In this document: piece by piece, positions 49,040-57,278 of the stretch
Position numbering within the stretch: the first letter of the stretch is position 1
How the letters are laid out: every line of letters begins with the position of its first letter
Assembly: GCA_044450645.1 (NCBI GenBank)
Contig: JBIOJG010000022.1
Coordinates: 15,205 to 79,204 of the forward strand
Length of the DNA: 64,000 nucleotides
Origin: Candidatus Binatia bacterium
GTDB taxonomy: Bacteria > Desulfobacterota > Binatia > HRBIN30
Reading direction: 5' to 3'
Notes under the pieces: model-generated
Seen by the model: only the letters and a program-made list of their open reading frames with translations
Databases searched by the model: none
Told to the model about the DNA's origin: nothing
Position numbers and translations under genes: made by a program

Positions 49040-49918
49040 TCACACTGTTGGGCCACACTCTTCGACAGTTAGACGTGAGAGACAGAATCGCGCGCCGTGC
49101 AGCCAGCAGTGTGCATCGGGGGGATGTTCGTCCCGCCTCAAGCTGCGCACGGCGTCTTCGCCGCCTCGCGCGTAGGCCTGCCTGAGCAGCTCCTCGCCCT
49201 CCTCCGTGCGCGCGCCTGCACAGTGAAAGATGCCGACCGGTGATGCAAAGCGCGCGGCATACCCACGCAGATGCCGCGTGACCAGGAGCATCTGCCCCGA
49301 GCCAGCGCTCATGCCGGAGATGCCGACGGTCAGCGGTACGAGGAGGCGCCCTCCGGGTCGGAGCAGGTCGGTCCAGCACCGTTGAACCTGTGTCGCCCCG
49401 GCGTTCACAAAAATCGCGTCGAATGAATCGCCAGCCAGGCCGCTGCCATCGCCACAAGCGACTGTCACGTTTGGGTAGCCACTCAGGTTCCGGCGGGCGC
49501 GCTCTGAGAGTTCAGCGTCGATCTCTACACCGAGAACGGTACCGTCTTGAGACACCGCCTCGGCGCCGATGGCCGTGTAGTAGCCGACGCCACAGCCAAC
49601 GTGCAGCAAGCGCTCGCCCGGCGCCAGGTTGAGCATATCGAGCCACCGCGCCAGCGCCGCTGGTTCGCCGTTGTTGAGGCCTCGGGAGGCATCGAGGGCC
49701 ACGAGCACGTTGTCGTACAAGTGGCGAGGATCATCGTCCGATGTATCGCGGTAAGCCAATACGTCGGGCGGCACGAGAATCTTCCAAGGCCCAGAGCCGA
49801 CGAAGTGTTCTCGGGGCACCACTCCGAACGCGCGCACGAGCGCCGCAGACCGCAGCCCCACTGCTTGGCGCAGTCTCTCGGCAAAATCGAGCCGTGCACG
49901 TTCCAGGTCAGTTGGCAT
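49040..49918 (-). CDS. Protein-L-isoaspartate O-methyltransferase family protein with a ~80-aa C-terminal extension
   Basis: PIMT SAM-binding motif LLHVGCGVGYYTAIGAE and a post-I region. Longer than canonical Pcm (292 versus ~210 aa). Confidence 0.7.
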   Translation of the reverse strand: MPTDLERARLDFAERLRQAVGLRSAALVRAFGVVPREHFVGSGPWKILVPPDVLAYRDTSDDDPRHLYDNVLVALDASRGLNNGEPAALARWLDMLNLAPGERLLHVGCGVGYYTAIGAEAVSQDGTVLGVEIDAELSERARRNLSGYPNVTVACGDGSGLAGDSFDAIFVNAGATQVQRCWTDLLRPGGRLLVPLTVGISGMSAGSGQMLLVTRHLRGYAARFASPVGIFHCAGARTEEGEELLRQAYARGGEDAVRSLRRDEHPPDAHCWLHGARFCLSRLTVEECGPTV

Positions 49919-50051
49919 TACTGGACTCTCGCGGCTGCGGAATAACTCTTGAGAGACAGGGACGGTTGCGAAGGATTCATGACGTCGAACGGCAATGCCG
50001 GTGAGCTGCGCCGTCTCTTGAACGTCGGCTCGACCGGCAAGTTGGATTCGC

Positions 50052-50279
50052 TCACAACAGGCGCTCGAAGCCTTCGACCGTCAGCCGGGCCTGCTTCAAG
50101 ATGTGGGACAGCGTCGATCTCTTGATGGGTCGGTGCGCCGGCACCACCAGCTTGAGCGTCTCGTCTGGCGTGTGCTTCTGAAGGCGAATATGGCTGCCCC
50201 GTTGCCGCACGACAACCCACCCGTCCCGACGTAACGCCCGAACTACTTGCGGGTAGCTCAGGCTCGGGACCTTGGTCAT
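50052..50279 (-). CDS. hicA: Type II toxin-antitoxin system toxin, HicA family
   Basis: 75 aa. LRRDGWVVVRQRGSHIRL...LSHILKQARL matches the HicA (YcfA-like) pattern. Confidence 0.7.
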   Translation of the reverse strand: MTKVPSLSYPQVVRALRRDGWVVVRQRGSHIRLQKHTPDETLKLVVPAHRPIKRSTLSHILKQARLTVEGFERLL

Positions 50280-50479
50280 ATGGCGATCTCGATGACCTCC
50301 GCATCGGCCGCGATGGCTGCATCATCTTCCACGGGTTCCAAGTAGAGCTGAATTGCTTCCTGGATGTTGGCGAGCGCTTCGTCGCGCGTGTCGCCTTCGC
50401 TTATGCAGCCGGGAAGCGCGGGTACGATAGCCGTGTACCCCCCCTCGTCACTTGGCTCGAGTACGACATGCAGTTTCAT
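50276..50479 (-). CDS. hicB: Type II toxin-antitoxin system antitoxin, HicB family (UPF0150)
   Basis: 67 aa. MKLHVVLEPSDEGGYTAIVPALPGCISEGDTRDEALANIQEAIQLYLE. ATGA overlap with hicA. AGGAGGAG RBS. Confidence 0.7.
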   Translation of the reverse strand: MKLHVVLEPSDEGGYTAIVPALPGCISEGDTRDEALANIQEAIQLYLEPVEDDAAIAADAEVIEIAI

Positions 50480-50925
50480 GGGCTCCTCCTCGCTACGGCA
50501 GGATACAACCGACGGCGGCCGCGGAGCAATCTCACGAGCTTGTAGATGCGGCACCCCAGCAATCGCTGCCAAACGTATTTCGCAAAGCACGCACGTGTGA
50601 GCTTGCCGCCGCCGGCTTGGTACGGATGCGCTGCCGTTGGGCAGCCCGGAGGCTGCGGAGCACGCGGCCATCGCGTCCCACGCGAGCTTCCATGCAGGCG
50701 CCGCACACGGCACCCCGCCATGGCCCCGCGCCCAGCGGCGCAGGAAGGAGGAGTCCGAGGAAGGAACCACCGCATGGTGCCCTCCTCGGATCTGGGCCGG
50801 CGGACCGATGCGACACTCCACCATTGCGCTCGCGGCCCGCGTGTGGCGCCTCACGTGACAGCGTCCCGCATGGGATCTCCCTTAGAAGATGAAGGCAAAA
50901 TGCAAAATGAAGAGTTTAGACCATG

Positions 50926-51333
50926 TCATGGGCGCGGCATGTCGGGCAGCCAGGTGGCGGGCTGCTGCGCGAACAGAGTCTTGGCATCCCAATAGTCGCG
51001 CCACAGCATGAGCTTGCCATGGCGGAATTTGAAGACGGCAGCGACGCGCAGTGTGGCGCGCTCGCCGGTGCGGTGATGCCACACTTCAGTCCGTTCAACC
51101 AGCACCGTGTCTCCGGCTTCGACCAGTTCGTGAATCGTCGTCGGGACCTGCTCGAGCGCCCCCAGTCCGAGTTCCAACTTGGCACGAATCGCCTCGGGCC
51201 CCACCACCGTTGCTGCCGCAAAGGGCACGTCTTCGTATACGCAGTCGTCGGCGCAGTGGCTCGCGACGGCGACGAAATCCAGTCGATTCAGATCCGCAAA
51301 CAGCTGGCGCAATCGATCGGCGTTCTGACTCAT
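50926..51333 (-). CDS. NTF2-like / SnoaL-like protein (limonene-1,2-epoxide-hydrolase fold)
   Basis: ~135 aa. RLRQLFADLNRLDFVAVASHCADDCVYEDVPF... is typical of SnoaL/LEH-type cone-shaped alpha+beta proteins. Confidence 0.55.
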   Translation of the reverse strand: MSQNADRLRQLFADLNRLDFVAVASHCADDCVYEDVPFAAATVVGPEAIRAKLELGLGALEQVPTTIHELVEAGDTVLVERTEVWHHRTGERATLRVAAVFKFRHGKLMLWRDYWDAKTLFAQQPATWLPDMPRP

Positions 51334-51470
51334 ACCACCCTCCACGCAGTGCGGAATCGCTAGGGTTCCGATGCTCGCTTTGTGTGAGCCACAGAGAGCA
51401 CAGATGCAAGCGGAAGGACAGGGGGGGTGCAACGACCGCGTAGTTGTGGCAAATAAGAGGGCACTCGCCC

Positions 51471-52226
51471 ATGGACCACGTGACGATCGAGCGCGACGGA
51501 GCCGTCGCGGTGTTCCGCTTCAACCGCCCGCCGGCTAACGCGTTCGATCTGGAGTTCGCCCGCGAGATCGAAGCCGCCTTCACCGCGCTGGTTCCGACAA
51601 GTGGTGTAGGGGCGATCGTGGTAACGGGGAGCGGGAGCTGTTTCTCCGCCGGCCTCGACCTAAAGCGCGTCCCAACGTATGGCGCGGAACAACAGCGCGA
51701 TATGGTCGCAACGATCAATCGTATGCTGGCCGCGCTCTACGCCTGTCCGCTGCCGGTCGTCGGGGCGATCAACGGCCACGCCATTGCGGGCGGTCTCGTG
51801 CTCGCCCTCGCCTGTGACTACCGCGTCGGCACGAGCGCCCCCTGTAAGCTGGGCTTGACGGAAGGTCGGGCGGGCATTCCCTTCCCGGCGGTGGCGATGG
51901 CCGTGGTGCAGGCGGAGACGGCGCCGGCGGTCGCACGGATGCTGACGCTGCGCGCCAACAACATGGGTCCCGAAGCGGCGCTGGCGTGCGCTCTGCTCGA
52001 CGAGCTGCAATCGCCCGAGCGCGTCATGCCCACCGCTATCGACGTGGCCCGCGATCTGGCGAGCATCCCGCGGGACGCCTACGCAACGATCAAACGCCAG
52101 CTGCGGGCGAAAGCGATAGCGTTCATCGAAAGCACGGTCGCGCAGGGAACCGATCCGGCGCTCGAGTCGTGGCTCACGTCAGACGCCAGTGCTGCGTCCG
52201 CGGCGTTGCTGCGCCGTCGCGGCTAA
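51471..52226 (+). CDS. Enoyl-CoA hydratase/isomerase (crotonase) family protein
   Basis: VTIERDGAVAVFRFNRPPANAF...CFSAGLDLK...INGHAIAGGLVLALACDYRV. Confidence 0.8.
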   Translation: MDHVTIERDGAVAVFRFNRPPANAFDLEFAREIEAAFTALVPTSGVGAIVVTGSGSCFSAGLDLKRVPTYGAEQQRDMVATINRMLAALYACPLPVVGAINGHAIAGGLVLALACDYRVGTSAPCKLGLTEGRAGIPFPAVAMAVVQAETAPAVARMLTLRANNMGPEAALACALLDELQSPERVMPTAIDVARDLASIPRDAYATIKRQLRAKAIAFIESTVAQGTDPALESWLTSDASAASAALLRRRG

Positions 52227-52347
52227 TGACGGTTGGGCGACAGCATGGTGATGGTCCTATCGGATTCTCGGTCCCTTGAAACAACTGTCGGTCCGATCCT
52301 GGTCGACGTAAATCTTGCGGCGGTATCGTGAACTACGCCGTCCCAAC

Positions 52348-54096
52348 CTACTCCGGTAGCCCGGCTTTGCGCAGGGCTTCGAGGTGGTGGGCGAGATCTG
52401 TCTCGCGTCGGTAGTGCAGCAGCGGCAGGCAATGCTCGCGGATGGCGAACCCGGGGATGCGTTTGATCACCTCCGTCGCGTGCACGGTCGCTTGCTCGGC
52501 ATCGCCCAGCTGTGCGTGGCAGGCCGCGAGCAGCGCGTGGTGCAACCCGTCCGGCGCGGTGATGTGTCTCAGAGACTCGACCGCATCGGCGTAACGCTGC
52601 GCGACGAACTGGGCACGCGCCAGGTGGAACCAGAAACGCTCGGGGTGGTAGGGATTGAGGCGCATCGCCTTGCGGATCCATTCGATGCCCTCCTCCCCTT
52701 GGCCGAGCCAGGTGAGGATCTCGCCTTGTTGGACCACGATCAGGTCGTCGTTCGGGTTCAGCGCCAGTGCGCGCTGCTGGTGGTAGACGGCCTTGTCGAA
52801 ATCGTTGCGCACCACCCCCACGGCCGCAAGAATACGGTGCACGTCGCTGTCGTTCTCGTCCAGCCCGAGCGCGACCTGCAGCTCGCGCTCGAACTCCGAT
52901 TCGATCGCCGCGCGATCGGCGCACCAGCCATAGGTCCACTGCTGGCCGAGAATGCACGCGTGCCACGCATGCGCGTGAGCGTACCGCGGGTCCAGTTCGA
53001 CCGCGCGCCGGATGAGACTCAGCGCCCGCAGGTTGTCGTCGCGGTTCGAGCGGTGGTGCAGGACCTTGGCTTCCAGCACGCATTCATAGGCGACCATGTT
53101 CGCTGGCGGCTTGCGCTCGGTGCGGCTGCGCGCGGCGGCCTCCATGCGCCCGGGAAGCGTGGCGACGATTGCCGAAGTCACCTCGTCCTGGATCGCGAAG
53201 ATGTCCTCCAGATCCCGGTCGTAGCGCTCGGCCCAGACGTGGTGGTCGGATTCCGCGTCGATCAGCTGCACCGTGACACGCACCCGGTTGCCGGCCTTGC
53301 GCACCCTGCCCTCGACGACGTATTGAACGCCAAGTTCGCGCGCGACCTTTTTCATATCCACGGCCTGTCCCTTGAACTTGAACGAGGTGTTGCGCGAAAT
53401 CACGAACAGCTCGCGGAAGCGCGACAGGTCGGTCAGGATGTCCTCGGTCAGGCCGTCGGCGAAGTACTCCTGCTCCGGCGCGCCGCTCATGTTGGCAAAG
53501 GGCAGCACGAGGATGGAGGGTTTCGCGGAGCCCGGCGAAGGGGCGGGGCCGGCGGCCGTGCCGGCGCCATCGGTGCGGACCCGGTACACCCTGACGCGCG
53601 CCGCGATGTTCTTCAATTCGTGCTCTCCCAGGTCCTCGAAGGCGAGTTCGAGCTTGCGGCACACTTCCTCATGCACCTTTCCCGACACGCAGATGCCGCC
53701 TGCCGGCGCGAGCGATTCGACGCGCGCCGCAATGTTCACGCCGTCGCCGTAGATCCGGTTGTCCTCGGTGATGATGTCGCCGAGATTGACGCCGACGCGG
53801 AACGCCATGCGGCGCGCTTCGGACAGCTGCGCGTTGCGCGCAGCCAGTTCGCGCTGCATGGCGAGCGCCGCCTCGACCGCATCGATCGCACTGCCGAACT
53901 CGGCGAGGAGGTTGTCGCCCGGCATGTCCACGATGCGTCCGTGGTGGGCAGCCACGATTTCGGAGATCGCGGCGCGGTAATCGGACAAGGTGCGGATGGT
54001 CGCAAGCTCGTTGTCGCCCATCAGCCGGCTGTAGCCCGCGACATCGGCGCTCAGAATCGCCGCCAGCCGGCGCTGTACGCGAACGTTCTCACTCAT
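52348..54096 (-). CDS. Class III adenylate/guanylate cyclase fused to C-terminal TPR repeats
   Basis: CHD domain (RRLAAILSADVAGYSRLMGDNE...GDGVNIAARVESLA) followed by TPR-like helical repeats. Confidence 0.8.
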   Translation of the reverse strand: MSENVRVQRRLAAILSADVAGYSRLMGDNELATIRTLSDYRAAISEIVAAHHGRIVDMPGDNLLAEFGSAIDAVEAALAMQRELAARNAQLSEARRMAFRVGVNLGDIITEDNRIYGDGVNIAARVESLAPAGGICVSGKVHEEVCRKLELAFEDLGEHELKNIAARVRVYRVRTDGAGTAAGPAPSPGSAKPSILVLPFANMSGAPEQEYFADGLTEDILTDLSRFRELFVISRNTSFKFKGQAVDMKKVARELGVQYVVEGRVRKAGNRVRVTVQLIDAESDHHVWAERYDRDLEDIFAIQDEVTSAIVATLPGRMEAAARSRTERKPPANMVAYECVLEAKVLHHRSNRDDNLRALSLIRRAVELDPRYAHAHAWHACILGQQWTYGWCADRAAIESEFERELQVALGLDENDSDVHRILAAVGVVRNDFDKAVYHQQRALALNPNDDLIVVQQGEILTWLGQGEEGIEWIRKAMRLNPYHPERFWFHLARAQFVAQRYADAVESLRHITAPDGLHHALLAACHAQLGDAEQATVHATEVIKRIPGFAIREHCLPLLHYRRETDLAHHLEALRKAGLPE

Positions 54097-54150
54097 TTTC
54101 GATCTCTGAACACAGAGGAATCTAGGCCGCCGTTCCGGCTCGCCACTTTC

Positions 54151-54963
54151 TCAAAGCGCGACAGTAACGCGTAAGAAGGTTGCCGGAATGGAGGTGGCAT
54201 CCTTGCTTGGGCTCTTGTTTTGGCTGTCGAACAACCCTTCCAGCTCCTTCGCCAGATCAGCTGCTCGACCGTTTTTTTCTGCCGCTTCGAATGCATTCAT
54301 GGTTGGCCCGTAGTATTTTCTGAATGCATCCACGAGCGCTGACGGTGCGCCGGGATAGTTGAAGGTATACGTGTCTCTGGCGAAGGATAGCTTCTCTGCT
54401 GGAACTCCCGCGGCTGCAAATCGCTCTGTCACGTTGTTCTCGATCCCCCACGTCATCGGGCTGATGAAGCCTTCCGGCGGTGGCGGCGTGTATGAGGAGC
54501 TGATCTTCAAAATCTGCGCCACCAACGTCGGATCATTTGGAATCCAGTTCCCCATAATGATCCGACCTCCGGGCCGGGTCACGCGCACCTTCTCCTTGGC
54601 CACATCAAACGGCTTTGGCGCGAACATGGCGCCAAAGATGCTCACGACGAGGTCAAACGTCTGATCTTTCAGCTCGTGCAAATTGGACGCATCGCCTTCC
54701 TGAAACTTGCAGTTCGTGAGGCCCTGCTCCTTTGCGCGCCTGTTCCCAGCCTCAACGAGGTTCGTCGCGATATCGACGCCCAACACGTCCGCTCCGAGTC
54801 TCGCCGCTGGTAATGCCGTCGTGCCATCGCCGCATCCGAGATCCAAGACCTTGAGCCCTTTTGTGATTCCGAGTCGCTTGACGAGCGCCCCTCCGCTCTC
54901 TCTCATGCTCTCCGCAATGCGAGTAAAGTCGCCCTTTTCCCAAAGTGCTTTGTTTGGATTCAT
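54151..54963 (-). CDS. Class I SAM-dependent methyltransferase
   Basis: Motif I VLDLGCGDGTTALPAA and a post-I acidic residue. Codon usage is noticeably AT-richer than the flanks. Confidence 0.75.
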   Translation of the reverse strand: MNPNKALWEKGDFTRIAESMRESGGALVKRLGITKGLKVLDLGCGDGTTALPAARLGADVLGVDIATNLVEAGNRRAKEQGLTNCKFQEGDASNLHELKDQTFDLVVSIFGAMFAPKPFDVAKEKVRVTRPGGRIIMGNWIPNDPTLVAQILKISSSYTPPPPEGFISPMTWGIENNVTERFAAAGVPAEKLSFARDTYTFNYPGAPSALVDAFRKYYGPTMNAFEAAEKNGRAADLAKELEGLFDSQNKSPSKDATSIPATFLRVTVAL

Positions 54964-55205
54964 TGGAATATTCCCGCTCCTTCAGTGGATAGACCCTACC
55001 AACGGGGTAATGGACGTAAGGTCTACGCTCAGGGCGTTTCCCGCATCCCCGCTGCCTTGCCTCAAAATTCAATTGGTCCCGTCTACTATACGGGGCAGAC
55101 AAACGGAGTTCAACCGCCCCTGGGATGGGGTAGTGGGTCAGCTTGATTCTACCTGGTATTCGGTAGTGTCTCTGTTTGAAAATTTAGACGCTCTGACGGG
55201 AGATG

Positions 55206-55631
55206 TCAGGGTATAGGCGTCGGAAAACAGGTGCCCGGCGGAAGTGCAGGACAGCAACGGTTGTTCGTGCACGCGAACCCCGTTTCGCAGTCTGCCTGGG
55301 AACTACAAGGGGCGGCCACACATGAATCGATACACGCAGTACACTGCCCTGTTGCTGGACTAAAATTGTCAGCCGCACACCAAGCGAATGCACCAGGAGG
55401 ATCTGTGGTTGTGGCGAGATGGCAACAGTCATGCCGCGTTGTAGTAGGAATCGGTGTCGCTGGATTGCACGATGATCCGCCGAAATAGAGGCAGACGCCT
55501 TGTGCACTTGGTGTTGATGTCGATTGCGGCCCCTGGGCTGTACTGGAGTCGGGACCGCAGCCAATGAGGCAGACGATCAGGCAACCGATGGTTGCAACTG
55601 TTCTCAGCCTCGCGTGCGGCAGGGCGCACAT
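55206..55631 (-). CDS. Cysteine-rich (16 Cys) predicted lipoprotein, hypothetical
   Basis: Lipobox-like TIGCLIVCLIGC, then Thr/Pro/Ser-rich segments. Paired Cys patterns CC, CxxC and CxxxC recur (DCCHLATT, CTACIDSCVAAPC, CTNNRCCP). Confidence 0.4.
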   Translation of the reverse strand: MCALPHARLRTVATIGCLIVCLIGCGPDSSTAQGPQSTSTPSAQGVCLYFGGSSCNPATPIPTTTRHDCCHLATTTDPPGAFAWCAADNFSPATGQCTACIDSCVAAPCSSQADCETGFACTNNRCCPALPPGTCFPTPIP

Positions 55632-55791
55632 GCCCGGTACTTTCTCACAGAAACGAGTAGATTGCGAATTCGCGCTAACGGATCTGGCCGCTACGGATCA
55701 CTCGCAATATGAACTGGCGCCCGCCATTCTACCCGCTCGTTGCCCGCCAGCGTTCGTGATATGAGCCGACGGAACGATTGGAGGAGGTTTT

Positions 55792-56130
55792 ATGGACAGC
55801 AATCGGCGACGATTCTTGGCGCTCGCACTGGGCGGCGCAGTATTGTGGACGCTCGGGCAGGCGGGAGCGGCGGATACGGCTCCGGCGACTCCGGCCGGCG
55901 ACGTCGTACATCTGACCCTCGGCGTCGAGGGGATGCATTGACCCACGGCTTGCCCAGTGCGTGCGCGCACTGCGCTTGAATCCGTACCGGGCGTACGGAA
56001 AGCCGAGGTCGATTTCAATAAGAAGGAAGCCTACGTCACGGCGGATAAACAGTCGGTCGATATTCCGGCCATGCTCAAGGCGCTGGAGAAGGTGCAGTAC
56101 ACGGGTTCGGTGAAGAGCGGGCCGAACTGA
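55792..56130 (+). CDS. TAT-secreted HMA/MerP-like metal-binding protein interrupted by an in-frame TGA at 55939-55941 (selenoprotein candidate or pseudogene)
   Basis: GGAGGAGG RBS. Twin-arginine signal MDSNRRRFLALALGG. Read-through gives ...LGVEGMH-U-PTACPVRARTALESVPGVRKAEVDF..., colinear with MerP (GMTCxxCPxTVKKAL). A hairpin CAGTGCG-tgcg-CGCACTG lies 13 nt after the TGA. Confidence 0.4.
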
Positions 56131-56206
56131 TGTCGTGAATCGTGTTCGGGAATCGTGCTCGGGAAGAACAACTTCCGAGCACAACTCACGATTCACGAAC
56201 ACGACG
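56131..56206 (+). promoter_or_regulatory. Long imperfect palindrome (GTGCTCGGGAAG-aacaa-CTTCCGAGCAC core flanked by TCGTGAATCGTG / CACGATTCACGA) between the HMA gene and the crotonase gene
   Basis: Seen directly. The 16-mer TCGTGAATCG(T)GTTCG recurs downstream of the crotonase gene at 57032-57047. Confidence 0.45.
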
Positions 56207-56215
56207 AGGATTCTC

Positions 56216-57016
56216 ATGAGCAAAGTCCTTACACAACGGAACGATCACATCTGGATCATCACCATCAATCGCCCGGAGCAGATGAACTGCGTCGATGGCG
56301 AGACGGCGGCATTGCTCGAAAACGCGTGGAAGACGTTTCGCGATGACGACGAGCTGTACGTCGCCATCCTGACCGGCGCGGGTGACGCCTCATTCTGCGC
56401 TGGAGCGGATCTGAAAAACCTGCCGTCGCTGGGACCCGGACCTGGCTCCTCGCGGCATGCGCGCCGCCGCTTCGTCACCAGCGGACCAGGCTACATGGGC
56501 TACTCGCGTCAAACCGACATCTTCAAGCCCATCCTGTGCGCCGTGAACGGCTACGCCTTCGCCGGCGGCCTCGAACTGTCCTGCCTCGGCGACATGCGCA
56601 TCGCCAGCGAGAACGCCGAGTTCTGGGTGGCGTGCCGGCGCTGGAATGTGCCGCTCGTCGACGGCGGTACGCAGCGCCTGCCACGCATCATCGGCCTGGG
56701 CTGGGCAATGGAGTTGATCGTGCTCGGTAAACGCATCGATGCGCGCGAGGCACACCGCATCGGGCTGGCGAACGAAGTCGTGCCGCGCGGCCAAGCGCTG
56801 GCCCGCTCGCTCGAGCTGGCACAGCAAATCTGCGCCTATCCGCAAGGCGCCATTCGCACCGACAAGGAATCCGCGCTACGCGGCTTCGGCCGCCCCCTTG
56901 AAGAAGGGCTGCGCATCGAATGCGAGGTCGGCCAAACGGTGATCGGCAGCCACGACACGTTCGAGGGCCCGGCGGCGTTCGCCGCGAGACGCCCGGCGAA
57001 GTTCAAACAGGATTGA
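56216..57016 (+). CDS. Enoyl-CoA hydratase/isomerase (crotonase) family protein
   Basis: IWIITINRPEQMNCVDGETAALL...FCAGADLK...VNGYAFAGGLELSCLGDMRIA. Start at the internal Met (MSKVLTQ). Confidence 0.8.
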   Translation: MSKVLTQRNDHIWIITINRPEQMNCVDGETAALLENAWKTFRDDDELYVAILTGAGDASFCAGADLKNLPSLGPGPGSSRHARRRFVTSGPGYMGYSRQTDIFKPILCAVNGYAFAGGLELSCLGDMRIASENAEFWVACRRWNVPLVDGGTQRLPRIIGLGWAMELIVLGKRIDAREAHRIGLANEVVPRGQALARSLELAQQICAYPQGAIRTDKESALRGFGRPLEEGLRIECEVGQTVIGSHDTFEGPAAFAARRPAKFKQD

Positions 57017-57086
57017 TGCGTGGCGCGTGATTCGTGAATCGTTCGCGGCTCTGCACATAAACCACCAAGCGGGCGCCCTTCGAGAC

Positions 57087-57105
57087 GCCGCCACAAGAAG
57101 GCGGC
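57087..57105. terminator. GC hairpin GCCGCC-acaagaa-GGCGGC between convergent genes
   Basis: Seen in sequence, 70 nt after the crotonase stop. No U-tract, so it may be a bidirectional terminator-like element. Confidence 0.3.
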
Positions 57106-57278
57106 TCCTCAGGGCGAGCGGTTCGGTGCTTGATTGTCGACAGCTTCTTAACCGCTCACGCTGAGGAGACCCCGTTTTCTCAGGGGCCGTCTCGAAGCGT
57201 GCCCGCTTGGAAGAGACTTCATGTGCAAAGCCGGTGCTCGCCACGGGGGCCGAAATGCCACCCGTGGATCAGTGTCAC

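Noticed and set aside
49979-50128. 49-aa ORF with AAGGA RBS between the PIMT-like gene and hicA
   Set aside because: It overlaps the hicA 3' end on the opposite strand and has no recognisable features. Probably a chance ORF.
55939-55941. Treating the TGA in the HMA gene as a simple gene end (49-aa signal-peptide-only ORF)
   Set aside because: The downstream frame continues for 63 codons with clear MerP-like homology. A bare signal peptide is not a plausible gene, so the locus is reported as a read-through/selenoprotein candidate or pseudogene instead.
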